A stretch of 64,000 bases of DNA from Burkholderiales bacterium (GCA_036563785.1 DATCLR010000120.1:4998-68997), one strand, 5' to 3'. Counted from the stretch's first letter, positions 23,283 to 33,338 are shown. Translations and numbers: made by a program. Notes: a model not told the origin generated them from the letters alone.

Positions 23283-24062
23283 GTGTCGCCGCTCGTCGAT
23301 TCGCACTGCCACCTCGATTTCGATCCCCTGGGTTCCGACGTCTCCGCGGTGCTCGCCCGGGCGCGCGAGCAGGGCGTCGGGCACTGCCTCTGCGTGTCGG
23401 TCACGCTCGAGGCGTTCCCGAGAGTCCGCGAGATCGCGTACACGTACCCCAACGTCTACGCCTCGGTCGGCGTGCACCCGAACGAGCGCGCCGGGCGCGA
23501 GCCCACGGCCGACGAGCTCGTCGCGCTGGCGCGGGATGCGCGCATCGTCGCGATCGGCGAAACCGGCCTCGATTACTACCGCACCGAAGGCTCGACCGAC
23601 TGGCAGCAGGAACGCTTCCGCAATCACATTCGCGCGGCGCGGGCGGCGCGCAAGCCGCTCATCATCCATACGCGCGAGGCGGCGGCGGACACGCTGCGCA
23701 TCCTGCGGGAGGAGGGTGCCGATGAGGTCGGCGGCGTCATGCACTGCTTCACCGAGAGCTGGGACGTGGCGCGCGCCGCCATGGATTTGAACTTCTATAT
23801 CTCGTTTTCGGGGATCGTGACGTTCCGCAACGCCGAGGCGCTGCGCGAGGTGGGCCGCCGGGTCCCCGCGGACCGGATGCTGATCGAGACCGACTCGCCG
23901 TATCTCGCGCCGGTTCCGCACCGGGGCAAGCCGAACGAGCCCGCGTTCGTGCGGCACGTGGCGGAATGTCTCGCGGCGGTGCGCGGCGAGAGTCTCGACA
24001 CGGTCGCCGAGCACACCGCGCGCAACTTCTTTGCGCTCTTTCGCGTGCAGTCGGCGGACTGA
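23283..24062 (+). CDS. TatD-family metal-dependent hydrolase (YcfH-like)
   Basis: VDSHCHLDF start motif, GETGLDY and HCFTES motifs. GTG at 23283 inside listed ORF 23133... Confidence 0.85.
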   Translation: MSPLVDSHCHLDFDPLGSDVSAVLARAREQGVGHCLCVSVTLEAFPRVREIAYTYPNVYASVGVHPNERAGREPTADELVALARDARIVAIGETGLDYYRTEGSTDWQQERFRNHIRAARAARKPLIIHTREAAADTLRILREEGADEVGGVMHCFTESWDVARAAMDLNFYISFSGIVTFRNAEALREVGRRVPADRMLIETDSPYLAPVPHRGKPNEPAFVRHVAECLAAVRGESLDTVAEHTARNFFALFRVQSAD

Positions 24063-24173
24063 CGCGAACCGGGCGCCGGCGGGAAGGTGCCGGCGGCGCG
24101 CGGCAGATCGCCCGCCTCGGACGAACGAATCCGCTCTAGCGGCTTCCTCTGTTGAAGCGCTCGACCGCCGCGC

Positions 24174-25796
24174 TCAGTTGCGTGTAGCCGGAGCGGCGTA
24201 GCGCTCCCGCAGCTTCACTTTCCAGAACTTGCCGGTCGACGTGCGCGGGATGGCGTCGAGGAACTCGAAGCGATCGGGCAGCTGCCATTTCGCGAAACGC
24301 GCCGCGAGATGCGCGCGCAGCTCCTCGGCGCTCGCCCGTGCGTCGGCCTTGAGGACGACGCAAGCGAGCGGCCGCTCGCCCCACTTGGGGTCGGGCACCG
24401 CGATCACGGCCGCTTCCGCGACCGCCGGGTGCGTCATCAGGTGGTTCTCCATGTCCACCGAGCTGATCCATTCGCCGCCGGACTTGATCAGGTCCTTGGT
24501 GCGATCGACGATGCGCACGTAGCCGTGCGCATCGATCGCCGCGACGTCGCCGGTGCGCAGCCAGCCGTCGGCGGTGAACTTCTCCGGCTCCGGCGGAACC
24601 TCGTGATAGCAGCCGGTGATGAACGGCCCGCGCACCTGGATCTCGCCGACGCGCTTGCCGTCCCACGGCTGCTCGCGCTCGTCCTCGGCGACCACGCGGA
24701 GGTCGACGAGGGGCGCCGGAACCCCGGCCATGGCGAAGCGCGCGAAGCGCTCGTCCTCGCTCGCCTGCTGCAGCTCCGGTTTGAGATAGGAGGCCGTCCC
24801 GAGGGGACTCGTTTCCGTCATGCCCCAGCCGTGCACGACCGTCGCCCCGTGGCGCGCATAGGCGCGGATCATCGATTCGGGGACCGGCGCACCGCCCACC
24901 AGCATGCGCATACCGGGCGGGAGCCGATAGCGCTCGGGCTCGGCGTCGAGGAGCTGCAGCATCGACAGCCAGATGGTCGGCACGCCGAGCACGTACGTGG
25001 GGCGTTCGGCGGCAAACAGCTCGAGAAGATCGGCGGGGTGCAGGTGCGGGCCGGGAAAGACGATCTTGATACCCAGCATCGCACAGGCGTACGGCACGCC
25101 CCAGCAGTTCGCATGGAACATCGGCGTCACGGGACAGACGCTGTCCTTCGCCGACAACCCCCAGTAGTCGGGCTGATTCGCCGCGAGCGTGTGCAGCACC
25201 GTGGAGCGGTGCGAGTAGACGACGCCCTTCGGGCGGCCGGTCGTGCCCGAGGTGTAGCACATCGCCACGGGATCGGTTTCCTCGTGCGGGGCATAAGTGA
25301 ACCCGTCGTCGCCCGCCGCGATGAAGTGCTCGTAGTCGGTGAGTCCGGCGGGCACCGGCTGCCCCGTGAGCGGCACGACGATGATGCGCTCGAACGGCGC
25401 ATGCGCGCGAAACTTCTCGAGCAGCGGCAGCAGGATGTCGTCGACGACGAGAAAACGGTCGCGCGCGTGGTTCGCGATCCACGCGATCTCCTCGGGCGCG
25501 AGCCGGAGATTGAGCGTATGCATCACGCCGCCTGCGGCGGGTATGCCGAAGTAGCACTCGAAATGCGCGTAGTGGTTCCAGCAGAGCGTGGCGACACGGT
25601 CGCCTTCTTGCAGGCCCGTGGCGCGCAGCGCCGCGGCCAGCGCGCGTGCTCTGCGGTAGAAGTCCCGGAATCGGTGGCGTACGAGGGATTTGCCGGGCAG
25701 ACGGGAGACGATCTCGGATTCCGGATAGAGCTTGCCGGCGCGCTCGAGGAGATAATTGAGCGATAGCGGCACCTGCTGCATGGTCGACGCAATCAT
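24174..25796 (-). CDS. AMP-forming acyl-CoA ligase (long/medium-chain fatty acid-CoA ligase family)
   Basis: 540 aa. AMP-binding motif YTSGTTGRPKG, TGDVA and C-terminal PRTSTGK (PX4GK) motif. Confidence 0.85.
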   Translation of the reverse strand: MIASTMQQVPLSLNYLLERAGKLYPESEIVSRLPGKSLVRHRFRDFYRRARALAAALRATGLQEGDRVATLCWNHYAHFECYFGIPAAGGVMHTLNLRLAPEEIAWIANHARDRFLVVDDILLPLLEKFRAHAPFERIIVVPLTGQPVPAGLTDYEHFIAAGDDGFTYAPHEETDPVAMCYTSGTTGRPKGVVYSHRSTVLHTLAANQPDYWGLSAKDSVCPVTPMFHANCWGVPYACAMLGIKIVFPGPHLHPADLLELFAAERPTYVLGVPTIWLSMLQLLDAEPERYRLPPGMRMLVGGAPVPESMIRAYARHGATVVHGWGMTETSPLGTASYLKPELQQASEDERFARFAMAGVPAPLVDLRVVAEDEREQPWDGKRVGEIQVRGPFITGCYHEVPPEPEKFTADGWLRTGDVAAIDAHGYVRIVDRTKDLIKSGGEWISSVDMENHLMTHPAVAEAAVIAVPDPKWGERPLACVVLKADARASAEELRAHLAARFAKWQLPDRFEFLDAIPRTSTGKFWKVKLRERYAAPATRN

Positions 25797-25880
25797 GGCG
25801 CCTCCTCGGGCCGGACGGCTCCGGCCCCGTTTCGAGCTGACGCCACATCGTTCTCCAGCCGCCGCGCGGTTGTCAAACGC

Positions 25881-27026
25881 CTACTCGCCGGCGGCGCAGG
25901 CGACTGCCTGCTCGAGGCAGGCCAATGGCGTATAGAAGTGCGGGGAGAAGCGGACCCCGCCGCCCCGCGCGGCGCAGACGATATTGCGCTCGCGCAGCCG
26001 GGCGTGGAGCTCGGCGGCGGGCCGACGGCGGTGCCGGAAGGTGACGATGCCGCCGTAACGGCCGGGCGCGGAAGAGGTGATGAGCTCGAGCTCGGGCTGC
26101 GCCCGGATGAGCTCGAACAGGCGCTCCGCGCGCGCCAGAATGCGGCGCTCGATGTGCTCGATGCCCACCTCGAGGAGCAGCGAGAGGCTCGCGTCGAGCG
26201 CGTGAATGCCGAGCATGTTCGGACTGCCGCATTCGAAGCGCCGCGCACTCTTCGCCGGCTCCCAATCCCTTCGGTCGTAGTCGCCCGCGCGCTCGATCAT
26301 GTGCCAGCCGTACTGGTGGAGCGTGAGGCGCTCGCGCCACTCCGGACGGCAGTAGAAAACCGCGATGCCTTCCGGGCCGAGCAGCCACTTGTGCGCATCG
26401 GCCATGAGGAAATCGATACGCATGGCATCGACGTCGTGGGGCAGCGCGCCTAGCCCCTGGATGGCGTCGACGCAGAAGGCGATGCCGCGGCGACGGCACT
26501 CGGCGCCAAGAGCGGCGAGGTCGGTGCGCCGGCCGCTCGCGTACTGCACCGAGCTCACGGAGATGAGCCGCGTGCGTCCGTCTGCCGCAGCGAGCAGCGC
26601 CCGCTCGGGATGGTCGCCGAGCGCGATCTCGCGGACCTCGACGCCGCGCGGCCGGAGCGACTCCCACACGATGCGGTTCGAGGGGAATTCTTCGTCGGCG
26701 ATCACGACATTGTCGCCGGATCGCCACGGGAAGCCGTGCGCTACCACCGACAGCGCTTCCGACGTGTTCTTGAGGAGCGCGATGTCGTCCGCGGCCGCGT
26801 TGACGAGCGCGGCGCAGCGCGCCCGGACGCGGCGCTCGACCTCGAGCCACGCGGCGTAGCGCGCCGCGCCGAGACGCGCGTTCTCCTCCGCGAACGCCCG
26901 CACCGCGTCGGCGGTGCGGCGCGGCCAGGGCGCGACCGCGGCGTGGTTGAGGTACACCAGCCCCGGCTCGAGCGGAAACTCCGCCGCAAGGAGCGTATCG
27001 AGATCGGGTCGCGGGTCTGCGTTCAT
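25881..27026 (-). CDS. Class V aminotransferase / cysteine-desulfurase-like PLP enzyme
   Basis: YLNHAAVAPWP N-terminus and PLP-lysine context ADAHKWLLGPEG. ATG at 27026 chosen inside listed ORF ..27158. Confidence 0.75.
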   Translation of the reverse strand: MNADPRPDLDTLLAAEFPLEPGLVYLNHAAVAPWPRRTADAVRAFAEENARLGAARYAAWLEVERRVRARCAALVNAAADDIALLKNTSEALSVVAHGFPWRSGDNVVIADEEFPSNRIVWESLRPRGVEVREIALGDHPERALLAAADGRTRLISVSSVQYASGRRTDLAALGAECRRRGIAFCVDAIQGLGALPHDVDAMRIDFLMADAHKWLLGPEGIAVFYCRPEWRERLTLHQYGWHMIERAGDYDRRDWEPAKSARRFECGSPNMLGIHALDASLSLLLEVGIEHIERRILARAERLFELIRAQPELELITSSAPGRYGGIVTFRHRRRPAAELHARLRERNIVCAARGGGVRFSPHFYTPLACLEQAVACAAGE

Positions 27027-27314
27027 GCGCGTCGCTCCATTGTACGCGATTCTCCCGCGCGGCGGCCGCAATTGGGCCGCCGCCTGCGCCGATGTCGTGC
27101 AGGGCCCTCCGGGATGACCGAGGCGGCGCTGTTCATGCGCGCTCGGCCGATCCGGCAATGAGATGCGACGCCGGAGATCGCGGCACGCGCGCTACGGGAA
27201 ACTCTGGTTGCGCAAACGGAGGCGCTGGTCCAACTTGCCGGCTTCGGCCGGGGAGCCTTCCTCGCAGAAAGCTCCCGGACGCCCGGCCCATACCGTTCGG
27301 AAAGGAGACCGACC

Positions 27315-28484
27315 ATGGCTTTGTCGTTATTGGATTCGAAGGGAACGCCGCTCGAGCAGCAGCGCTTCACCTGGAAGGAGCTGGTGCAGAAGCCGATCAG
27401 CAAGCTGGACGACGACGCCTTCACGCGGGTGCGCATCATTCTCATGAACGGCATCGAGACGGAAGCGGTGCGCTTCAGTCATCTCTGTGCGCGCATGAAC
27501 CGCGATCTCCAGGTGCCGCTCGCACGCGCGCGCCGCGTCGATCACCATCAGGCGACGATGGTGAACTGGCTGCTCGGCTCGGACCACTCGCCGCTCGAGA
27601 CCACGGTGGCCTACGAGCAGGTGGCGATCGAGGTGACGGCGGCGCTGGCGCGGCAGGAGCCGGATCCTTACGTGGCGCAGGCGCTGCGCTTCGCGCTGCT
27701 CGAGGACTTCGATCACCTGTACCGCTACGGGGCGCTGATGGACCGGATCGAAGGCATGGATCCGAACAACATCCTGCAGACGTACACGGACATCATGTCC
27801 GGGCGGCCGACCGCGGTCGAGCATCGCGCACCGGAGGACGACGTGCGCAGACCCTACGAGCGCAGCAAGGCGCATCCGGTCACGAAGCTTAACGCCCTGA
27901 CGCTGGTCTCGGGCGAGTATCAGACGCGGGATTACTACATGCATTTCGGGCCCACCTTCGCGGACCCGGTCGCGCGGCAGGTCTACGCGGAAATCGCTTC
28001 CATCGAGGAGCAGCACGTGACGCACTACGAGTCGCTGATCGACCCGGACGAGACGTGGCTCGAGAAGTGGCTGCTGCACGAGGCGAACGAGGCCTGGAAC
28101 TATTACGGCTGCGTGCAGCAGGAGACGAATCCGCGCATCAAGGCGATCTGGGAGAGGATGCTCGACTACGAGATCGGGCAGTTCCGTTTCGCGGCCGAGA
28201 TCTTCAAGAACGTCGAGCGGCGCGACCCGGAGGAAGTGATACCGGCGAAGCTGCCCGATCCGTTCCCCTACGAGAGCAACCGCGACTTCGTGCGCCAGGC
28301 GCTCAAGAGCGAGGTGGATCTGCGCGCCAAGGGAACGGAGTTCGTGCCGCTTTCCGAGGACAGCCGGGAGAGTCAGCAGTATCGGAATCACATGAATTCC
28401 GAAGGCTCGCCGACCGAAACCGTCGCGGCCGGGTATCAGTGGGTGCCGGGCGGCGAGCTCGCGCGTCGGGTGGCGAATCTCTGA
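27315..28484 (+). CDS. Ferritin-like (di-metal four-helix-bundle) domain protein, function unknown
   Basis: 389 aa. Candidate ligand motifs: GIETEA, LLEDFDHLY (DxxH), SGEYQ, IEEQHVTHYE (ExxH). No signal peptide. Confidence 0.5.
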   Translation: MALSLLDSKGTPLEQQRFTWKELVQKPISKLDDDAFTRVRIILMNGIETEAVRFSHLCARMNRDLQVPLARARRVDHHQATMVNWLLGSDHSPLETTVAYEQVAIEVTAALARQEPDPYVAQALRFALLEDFDHLYRYGALMDRIEGMDPNNILQTYTDIMSGRPTAVEHRAPEDDVRRPYERSKAHPVTKLNALTLVSGEYQTRDYYMHFGPTFADPVARQVYAEIASIEEQHVTHYESLIDPDETWLEKWLLHEANEAWNYYGCVQQETNPRIKAIWERMLDYEIGQFRFAAEIFKNVERRDPEEVIPAKLPDPFPYESNRDFVRQALKSEVDLRAKGTEFVPLSEDSRESQQYRNHMNSEGSPTETVAAGYQWVPGGELARRVANL

Positions 28485-28518
28485 GAAGCGGACACGGCAG
28501 GGAACGAGGAGAGCAAGG

Positions 28519-29244
28519 ATGGAAACGGGAACGAGGATGGGAATGAACAAGACCGGCGTTCAGACCTCGCCGATCGACATCGAGCGGATGCTGAGCGACA
28601 TCCGGGAGAGCACGAAGAGCGCGGCATCCGACGGCGCAGGCATCGCGGCGGTGCGCACGAGCTATATCACCGAAGCCGAGGCGGTCGGAACCATACCGAT
28701 GCCGGGAACGGTGAAAGGCGCGGCGAAGACGGCGGCGAAGAAGCTGACGGGCCGACGGCCCGAGGTGCTGATCGACGCGCTCGGTGCGCGGCTCGCGTTC
28801 GAGCGCAGCAGCGTGCGTCTCTACGATGCGGTATTGACCAAGTACCAGGCGACGCCGGAGAAGCTTCCCGGCATGTCGGCGGAGCAGCTCGCGCACTTCC
28901 GCGACGAGGAGGCGCAGCACTACAAGCTGCTCGCGGAGTGCCTGCAGAGCCTCGGCGCCGATCCGACGGCGCAGACGCCGGGCGCGGACATCACCGGCGT
29001 CGAATCGATGGGCCTCATGAAGGTGATCGAGGACCCGCGCGCGAATCTGCAGCAGACGCTGCACGCGCTGCTGGTCCTCGAGCTCGCCGACAACGGCAGC
29101 TGGGAGCTGCTGATCAAGCTCGCGGAAGAGATGGGCCAGGACAAGATGGCGCAGGAATTCCGCAAGGCGCTGGAGAACGAGAACGAGCACCTGGTGCACG
29201 TGCGCCAGTGGCACGAGCAGTGCGTGCTCGGGGAGGCGAGCTGA
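28519..29244 (+). CDS. Ferritin-like domain protein, function unknown
   Basis: 241 aa. Canonical E / ExxH / E / ExxH pattern: LAFERSS, DEEAQH, LELADN, ENENEH. Start ambiguous (ATG 28519, 28537 or 28543; GAGGA lies before 28543). Confidence 0.55.
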   Translation: METGTRMGMNKTGVQTSPIDIERMLSDIRESTKSAASDGAGIAAVRTSYITEAEAVGTIPMPGTVKGAAKTAAKKLTGRRPEVLIDALGARLAFERSSVRLYDAVLTKYQATPEKLPGMSAEQLAHFRDEEAQHYKLLAECLQSLGADPTAQTPGADITGVESMGLMKVIEDPRANLQQTLHALLVLELADNGSWELLIKLAEEMGQDKMAQEFRKALENENEHLVHVRQWHEQCVLGEAS

Positions 29245-29352
29245 GCGCCCGCGCGAACGTCGCGGCGTTCCGCGCTCGCCGCCGCCGGCTTGACCGGCGG
29301 CGCGGCATCGACCAAGCTGCCCGCGGCGCCGCCGGGCGCCGGACCGGGCAGC

Positions 29353-30264
29353 ATGGTGAGCTCACTGTTCTTCGGGGAGGATATCGACGAGGCGCCGCTC
29401 GATGCGGCCGCGATCGAACGCCTGCGCGCGAGCGACGCGGCGCGGTTCGCGCTGGTGCGCCGCGGCCGCGTGCTGGTGCGCAGCGACGCGCTCGAGATCG
29501 ACTGGCGCGGCGCGCGCGATCTCGCCGCCCGCGGGCTGGACGCCGCCGACACCGTGTTCCTCGGCAGCGCCGACAGCCGGGCGTTTTTCGCGGCGGTACC
29601 GCGCGAACCGCCGCTCACCGCGAACGACCGGTTCGACCGCTCGCGCGGACGCGACCCGGACGGGTATGCCGGGCTGTATGAAGCCGCCACCGCCATGCCG
29701 CCGCGCGACGCGCTGCTCGCGGCGCGCGCGGTCCACTACGCGAACTGGATCAACCGCACGCGCTACTGCGGCGTCTGTGCGTCGGCGATGCGCGGCGCGG
29801 ACGGCGGCCGAAAGCGCGTGTGCGCGAACGGACACGAGGAGTTCCCGCGCACCGACGCGGTGGTGATCGTGCTGGTGACGCGCGGCGAACGGTGCCTCCT
29901 CGGGCGGCAGCCGCGCTTTCCGCCGCGGCGCTACTCGGCCGTGGCGGGCTTCGTTCAGCCGGGGGAAACGCTCGAGGCGGCGGTGCGGCGCGAGGTGTAC
30001 GAAGAGGTCGGAGTGCGCCTGCAGCGGGTGTCGTATCGGGCGTCGCAGCCCTGGCCGTTTCCGACGTCGCTCATGCTCGGATTTATCGCCGAAGCCGCGG
30101 ACGAGCGGGTGGCGCTGCACGACGGAGAGCTCGAGGACGCGCGCTGGTTCGAGCGCGCCGACATCGCGCGCTGGGTATTCGACGACGCGCAGGCGCCCAT
30201 CGCGCTGCCGCCGCGCGGCGTGATGGCGCGCCACCTGATCGAGCAGTGGCTCGCCGGCGGCTGA
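29353..30264 (+). CDS. nudC: NADH pyrophosphatase NudC (Nudix, zinc-ribbon type)
   Basis: Zinc ribbon CGVCASAM...CANGHEEFPR, then Nudix box GFVQPGETLEAAVRREVYEEVGV. ATG at 29353 chosen inside the TTG-started ORF. Confidence 0.8.
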   Translation: MVSSLFFGEDIDEAPLDAAAIERLRASDAARFALVRRGRVLVRSDALEIDWRGARDLAARGLDAADTVFLGSADSRAFFAAVPREPPLTANDRFDRSRGRDPDGYAGLYEAATAMPPRDALLAARAVHYANWINRTRYCGVCASAMRGADGGRKRVCANGHEEFPRTDAVVIVLVTRGERCLLGRQPRFPPRRYSAVAGFVQPGETLEAAVRREVYEEVGVRLQRVSYRASQPWPFPTSLMLGFIAEAADERVALHDGELEDARWFERADIARWVFDDAQAPIALPPRGVMARHLIEQWLAGG

Positions 30265-30484
30265 GCGCCGCCGCGGCCCGCAACGTGATTGTCGTACGCG
30301 GCGCAGCACCTGTCGGCGGTAACGTCGCCGACGCGAGCGCGTCTGATGCGTTTCGAGCCGCCGATGAGCGGGACAGGGTACGGCGCAAGCGCCGCCGGAA
30401 AAGCGGCCGTCGGCTCCCGAGAATGCCCGTAGCCCATCGCATGGAACACCGCGCCTCGTGGGTCGAGGCGGCGTTCCTTGCGAT

Positions 30485-30498
30485 TTGATGCTCGTCAT
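30485..30498. promoter_or_regulatory. Weak FNR-like site (TTGAT-GCTC-GTCAT) overlapping a sigma70-like promoter upstream of pat
   Basis: Two mismatches to TTGAT-N4-ATCAA. Followed by TTGCAC (30498-30503), a 16-nt spacer and TATCAT (30520-30525), which places the site near -41 of a putative start. Confidence 0.3.
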
Positions 30499-30579
30499 TG
30501 CACCGCCCGGGGGGCGTCGTATCATCCGACATTACCGGCGCCCGGCCTCCGGCGTCCGGCAAGGAAACAAGGCAACAAC

Positions 30580-33258
30580 ATGGGTCCACATTTCCTCGAA
30601 CGGCTGTTCGCGCCGAAGTCGGTCGCGGTTTTCGGGGCCTCCGAGCGCGAGAATTCGGTCGGCGGCCGGGTGTTCGAAAATCTGCTCGCCGGCGGCTTCG
30701 AAGGCGAGATCTATCCGATCAATCCGAAGTACGAAACGCTCCGCGGACGGCGCTGCTATCCGGATCTCGGGCGCGTCGGCGCGCCCGTCGACGTCGCGGT
30801 GATCGCGACCCCGGCGGCGACCGTGCCGGGCATCTTGCAGCAGTGCGGCGAGCACCGCGTGCGCGCCGCCGTGATCCATTCGGCCGGCTTCGCGGAGGCC
30901 GGCGCGCACGGCCGCGAGCTCGAGCGCGAAGTGCTGTCGCTCGCGCAGCGTTTCCGCATCCGCGTCCTCGGACCGAACTGCCTCGGCCTGATGCGCCCGA
31001 GCGCGCGCTTCAACGCCACGTTCAGCAAGAGCGCCGCGCGGGCGGGGCCGCTGGCGCTGATCTCCCAGTCCGGCGCGCTGTGCACCGCGATCCTCGACTG
31101 GGCGGAGACGCGCGGGGTTGGTTTCTCCGCCGTGGTTTCGCTCGGCGAGGCCGCCGACATCGACTTCGGCGATCTGCTCGACTATTTCGCGCTCGACGAG
31201 CAGACGCGCAGCATCCTGCTGTATATCGAGGGCATACGCGACGCGCGCGCGTTCATGAGCGGGCTGCGCATCGCGGCGCGCTTCAAGCCGGTAGTCGTCA
31301 TCAAGGCGGGGCGCCACGCGGAAGGCTCGCGCGTGGCGCTGTCGCACACCGGGGCTCTCGTCGGCAGCGACGACGTGTTCGACGCGGCCCTCATGCGTGC
31401 GGGTGCCGTGCGCGCCACCTCGGTCGATCAGCTCTTCGCCGCCGCGCAGCTCCTCGCCGCGCAGCATCGGGTGCGCGGCAACCGGCTCGCGATGGTGACG
31501 AACGCGGGCGGCCCCGCGGTGCTCGCGACCGACCGGGCGGCGGATCTCGGTGTGGCCCTGCCGGCGCTCGCGCCGGCGACGATGGCGGCGCTCGACGCCG
31601 CGCTGCCGGCGCACTGGTCGCACGGCAATCCCGTCGACGTGCTCGGCGATGCGGGCCCCGAGCGCTACACGCTCGCGCTCGATGCCTGCCTCAAGGATCC
31701 CAACGTCGACGGCGTGCTCGTGATGCTGACGCCGCAGGCCATGACCGATCCGATGGCGGTCGCCGAGGCCGTGATCCGGCAGCCGAAGCCCGCCGGCAAG
31801 CTCGTCCTCACGTCGTGGATGGGCGGGTCGAGGGTGCAGGCGGCGCGCGACCGCTTCGCGGCGGCGGGGATTCCTTCGTTCCCGAGCCCCGAGCGCGCGG
31901 TCGAGGCGTTCGCCTACCTCGCGACCTATCAGCGCAACCAGGAGCTGCTGCGGCAGGTGCCGGGCCCGCTCGATCCCCGGCGCGAAGCCGACATCGAGGG
32001 CGCACGGCTGATCGTCGAGACCGCGCTCGCCGAGGGTCGGCGCGTGCTCACGGGGATCGAGGCCTACGCGCTGCTCAGCGCGTTCCGCATTCCGCACGTG
32101 AGCGTGGTGCCGGCGCGCAGCGCCTCGGAAGCGCTCGTCGCCGCGCAAACGCTCGGCTTTCCCGTCGCGCTCAAGATTCTCTCGCCGGACATCGTGCACA
32201 AGTCCGACGTCAACGGTGTGCGGTTGAACGTCGGCAGCGCGCAGGCGGTGCGCAGCGTCTACAACGAGCTGATCGAATCGGTGAAGCGCCAGCGCCCCGA
32301 AGCGCGCATCGAGGGCGTCACGGTCGAGCGCATGTACCGGCGGCGCGACGGGCGGGAGCTGCACGTCGGCGTCGCGCGGGACCAGGTGTTCGGCCCGGTG
32401 GTGAGCTTCGGGCTCGGCGGCACGGCGATCGAGGTGCTGCGCGACCGCGCCATCGCGCTGCCGCCCCTGAACACGCTGATCGCGCAGAACCTGATCAGGC
32501 GCACGCGCGCGGGTCAGCTGCTCGGCGCGTTTCGCCATCTCCCGCCCGCGCGCATCGCCGCCGTCGAGCAGGTGCTGCTCGCAGTCTCGGAGATGGTGTG
32601 CGAGCTGCCCGAGATCATTTCGCTCGACATCAATCCGCTGATGGCGGACGCGGACGGGGTCACCGCGCTCGACGCGCGCTTCGAGATCGGGGAGCCGGGT
32701 CCCGGAGCCAAGCGGTATGCGCACATGGCGATTCATCCCTATCCGAGCCATCTCGTGTCGCACATGCAGCTCGCCGACGGCACCGACATTCTGCTGCGCC
32801 CCATCCGGCCGGAAGACGCCGAGCTCGAAGCGGCGTTCGTGCACAACCTCTCGCCGCAGTCGAAGTACATGCGCTTCATGCAGACGCTGCAGGAGCTGAC
32901 GCCCGAGATGCTGGTGCGCTTCACGCAGATCGACTACGACCGCGAGCTCGCGCTGGTGGCGATCACGGAGCAGGACGGACGGGAGGTGGAAGTGGCCGTG
33001 ACGCGCTACAGCATGAATCCCGACGGCGAGAGCTGCGAGTTCGCGCTCGTGGTGGCGGACGCCTGGCAGCGCAAGGGAATCGGCTCGCGGATGCTCTCGG
33101 TGCTCATGGATGCGGCGCGGGCGCGCGGCATTCGGGTGATGGAAGGCCAGGTGCTGGCGGAGAACACCGCGATGCTCTCGCTCGTGCGTCGCTTCGGTTT
33201 CCGCGTACGGCGCTCGCCGGGGAACCCGGGCGTATACGACGTGAGCCGGGAGCTCTAG
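30580..33258 (+). CDS. pat: Protein lysine acetyltransferase Pat (ADP-forming acyl-CoA synthetase-like domains + C-terminal GNAT)
   Basis: About 892 aa. LFAPKSVAVFGAS CoA-binding N-terminus, ATP-grasp region, and C-terminal GNAT (QRKGIGSRML). ATG at 30580 inside the listed ORF. Confidence 0.85.
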   Translation: MGPHFLERLFAPKSVAVFGASERENSVGGRVFENLLAGGFEGEIYPINPKYETLRGRRCYPDLGRVGAPVDVAVIATPAATVPGILQQCGEHRVRAAVIHSAGFAEAGAHGRELEREVLSLAQRFRIRVLGPNCLGLMRPSARFNATFSKSAARAGPLALISQSGALCTAILDWAETRGVGFSAVVSLGEAADIDFGDLLDYFALDEQTRSILLYIEGIRDARAFMSGLRIAARFKPVVVIKAGRHAEGSRVALSHTGALVGSDDVFDAALMRAGAVRATSVDQLFAAAQLLAAQHRVRGNRLAMVTNAGGPAVLATDRAADLGVALPALAPATMAALDAALPAHWSHGNPVDVLGDAGPERYTLALDACLKDPNVDGVLVMLTPQAMTDPMAVAEAVIRQPKPAGKLVLTSWMGGSRVQAARDRFAAAGIPSFPSPERAVEAFAYLATYQRNQELLRQVPGPLDPRREADIEGARLIVETALAEGRRVLTGIEAYALLSAFRIPHVSVVPARSASEALVAAQTLGFPVALKILSPDIVHKSDVNGVRLNVGSAQAVRSVYNELIESVKRQRPEARIEGVTVERMYRRRDGRELHVGVARDQVFGPVVSFGLGGTAIEVLRDRAIALPPLNTLIAQNLIRRTRAGQLLGAFRHLPPARIAAVEQVLLAVSEMVCELPEIISLDINPLMADADGVTALDARFEIGEPGPGAKRYAHMAIHPYPSHLVSHMQLADGTDILLRPIRPEDAELEAAFVHNLSPQSKYMRFMQTLQELTPEMLVRFTQIDYDRELALVAITEQDGREVEVAVTRYSMNPDGESCEFALVVADAWQRKGIGSRMLSVLMDAARARGIRVMEGQVLAENTAMLSLVRRFGFRVRRSPGNPGVYDVSREL

Positions 33259-33265
33259 CGGGCGA

Positions 33266-33279
33266 TTGACGCGCATCAA
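33266..33279. promoter_or_regulatory. FNR/Anr-type box TTGAC-GCGC-ATCAA
   Basis: One mismatch to TTGAT-N4-ATCAA. Centre about 66 nt upstream of the Spy/ZraP-like ATG, compatible with a class II position. Confidence 0.55.
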
Positions 33280-33338
33280 GGCGCGTCCGGTGCGGCGCGC
33301 GACACTGTGGTCGAACCCCAGCACGCAGAGGAGATGCC

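Noticed and set aside
27315-29244. Ferritin-like pair as encapsulin cargo
   Set aside because: No encapsulin (HK97-fold shell) gene is adjacent, and I see no recognisable C-terminal targeting peptide.
30532-33324. 930-aa minus-strand ORF, plus an alternative 923-aa plus-strand frame, over pat
   Set aside because: Both overlap the motif-rich Pat frame (CoA-binding, ATP-grasp, GNAT). Their translations are Arg/Gly/Ala-rich with no domains, so they are GC artefacts.
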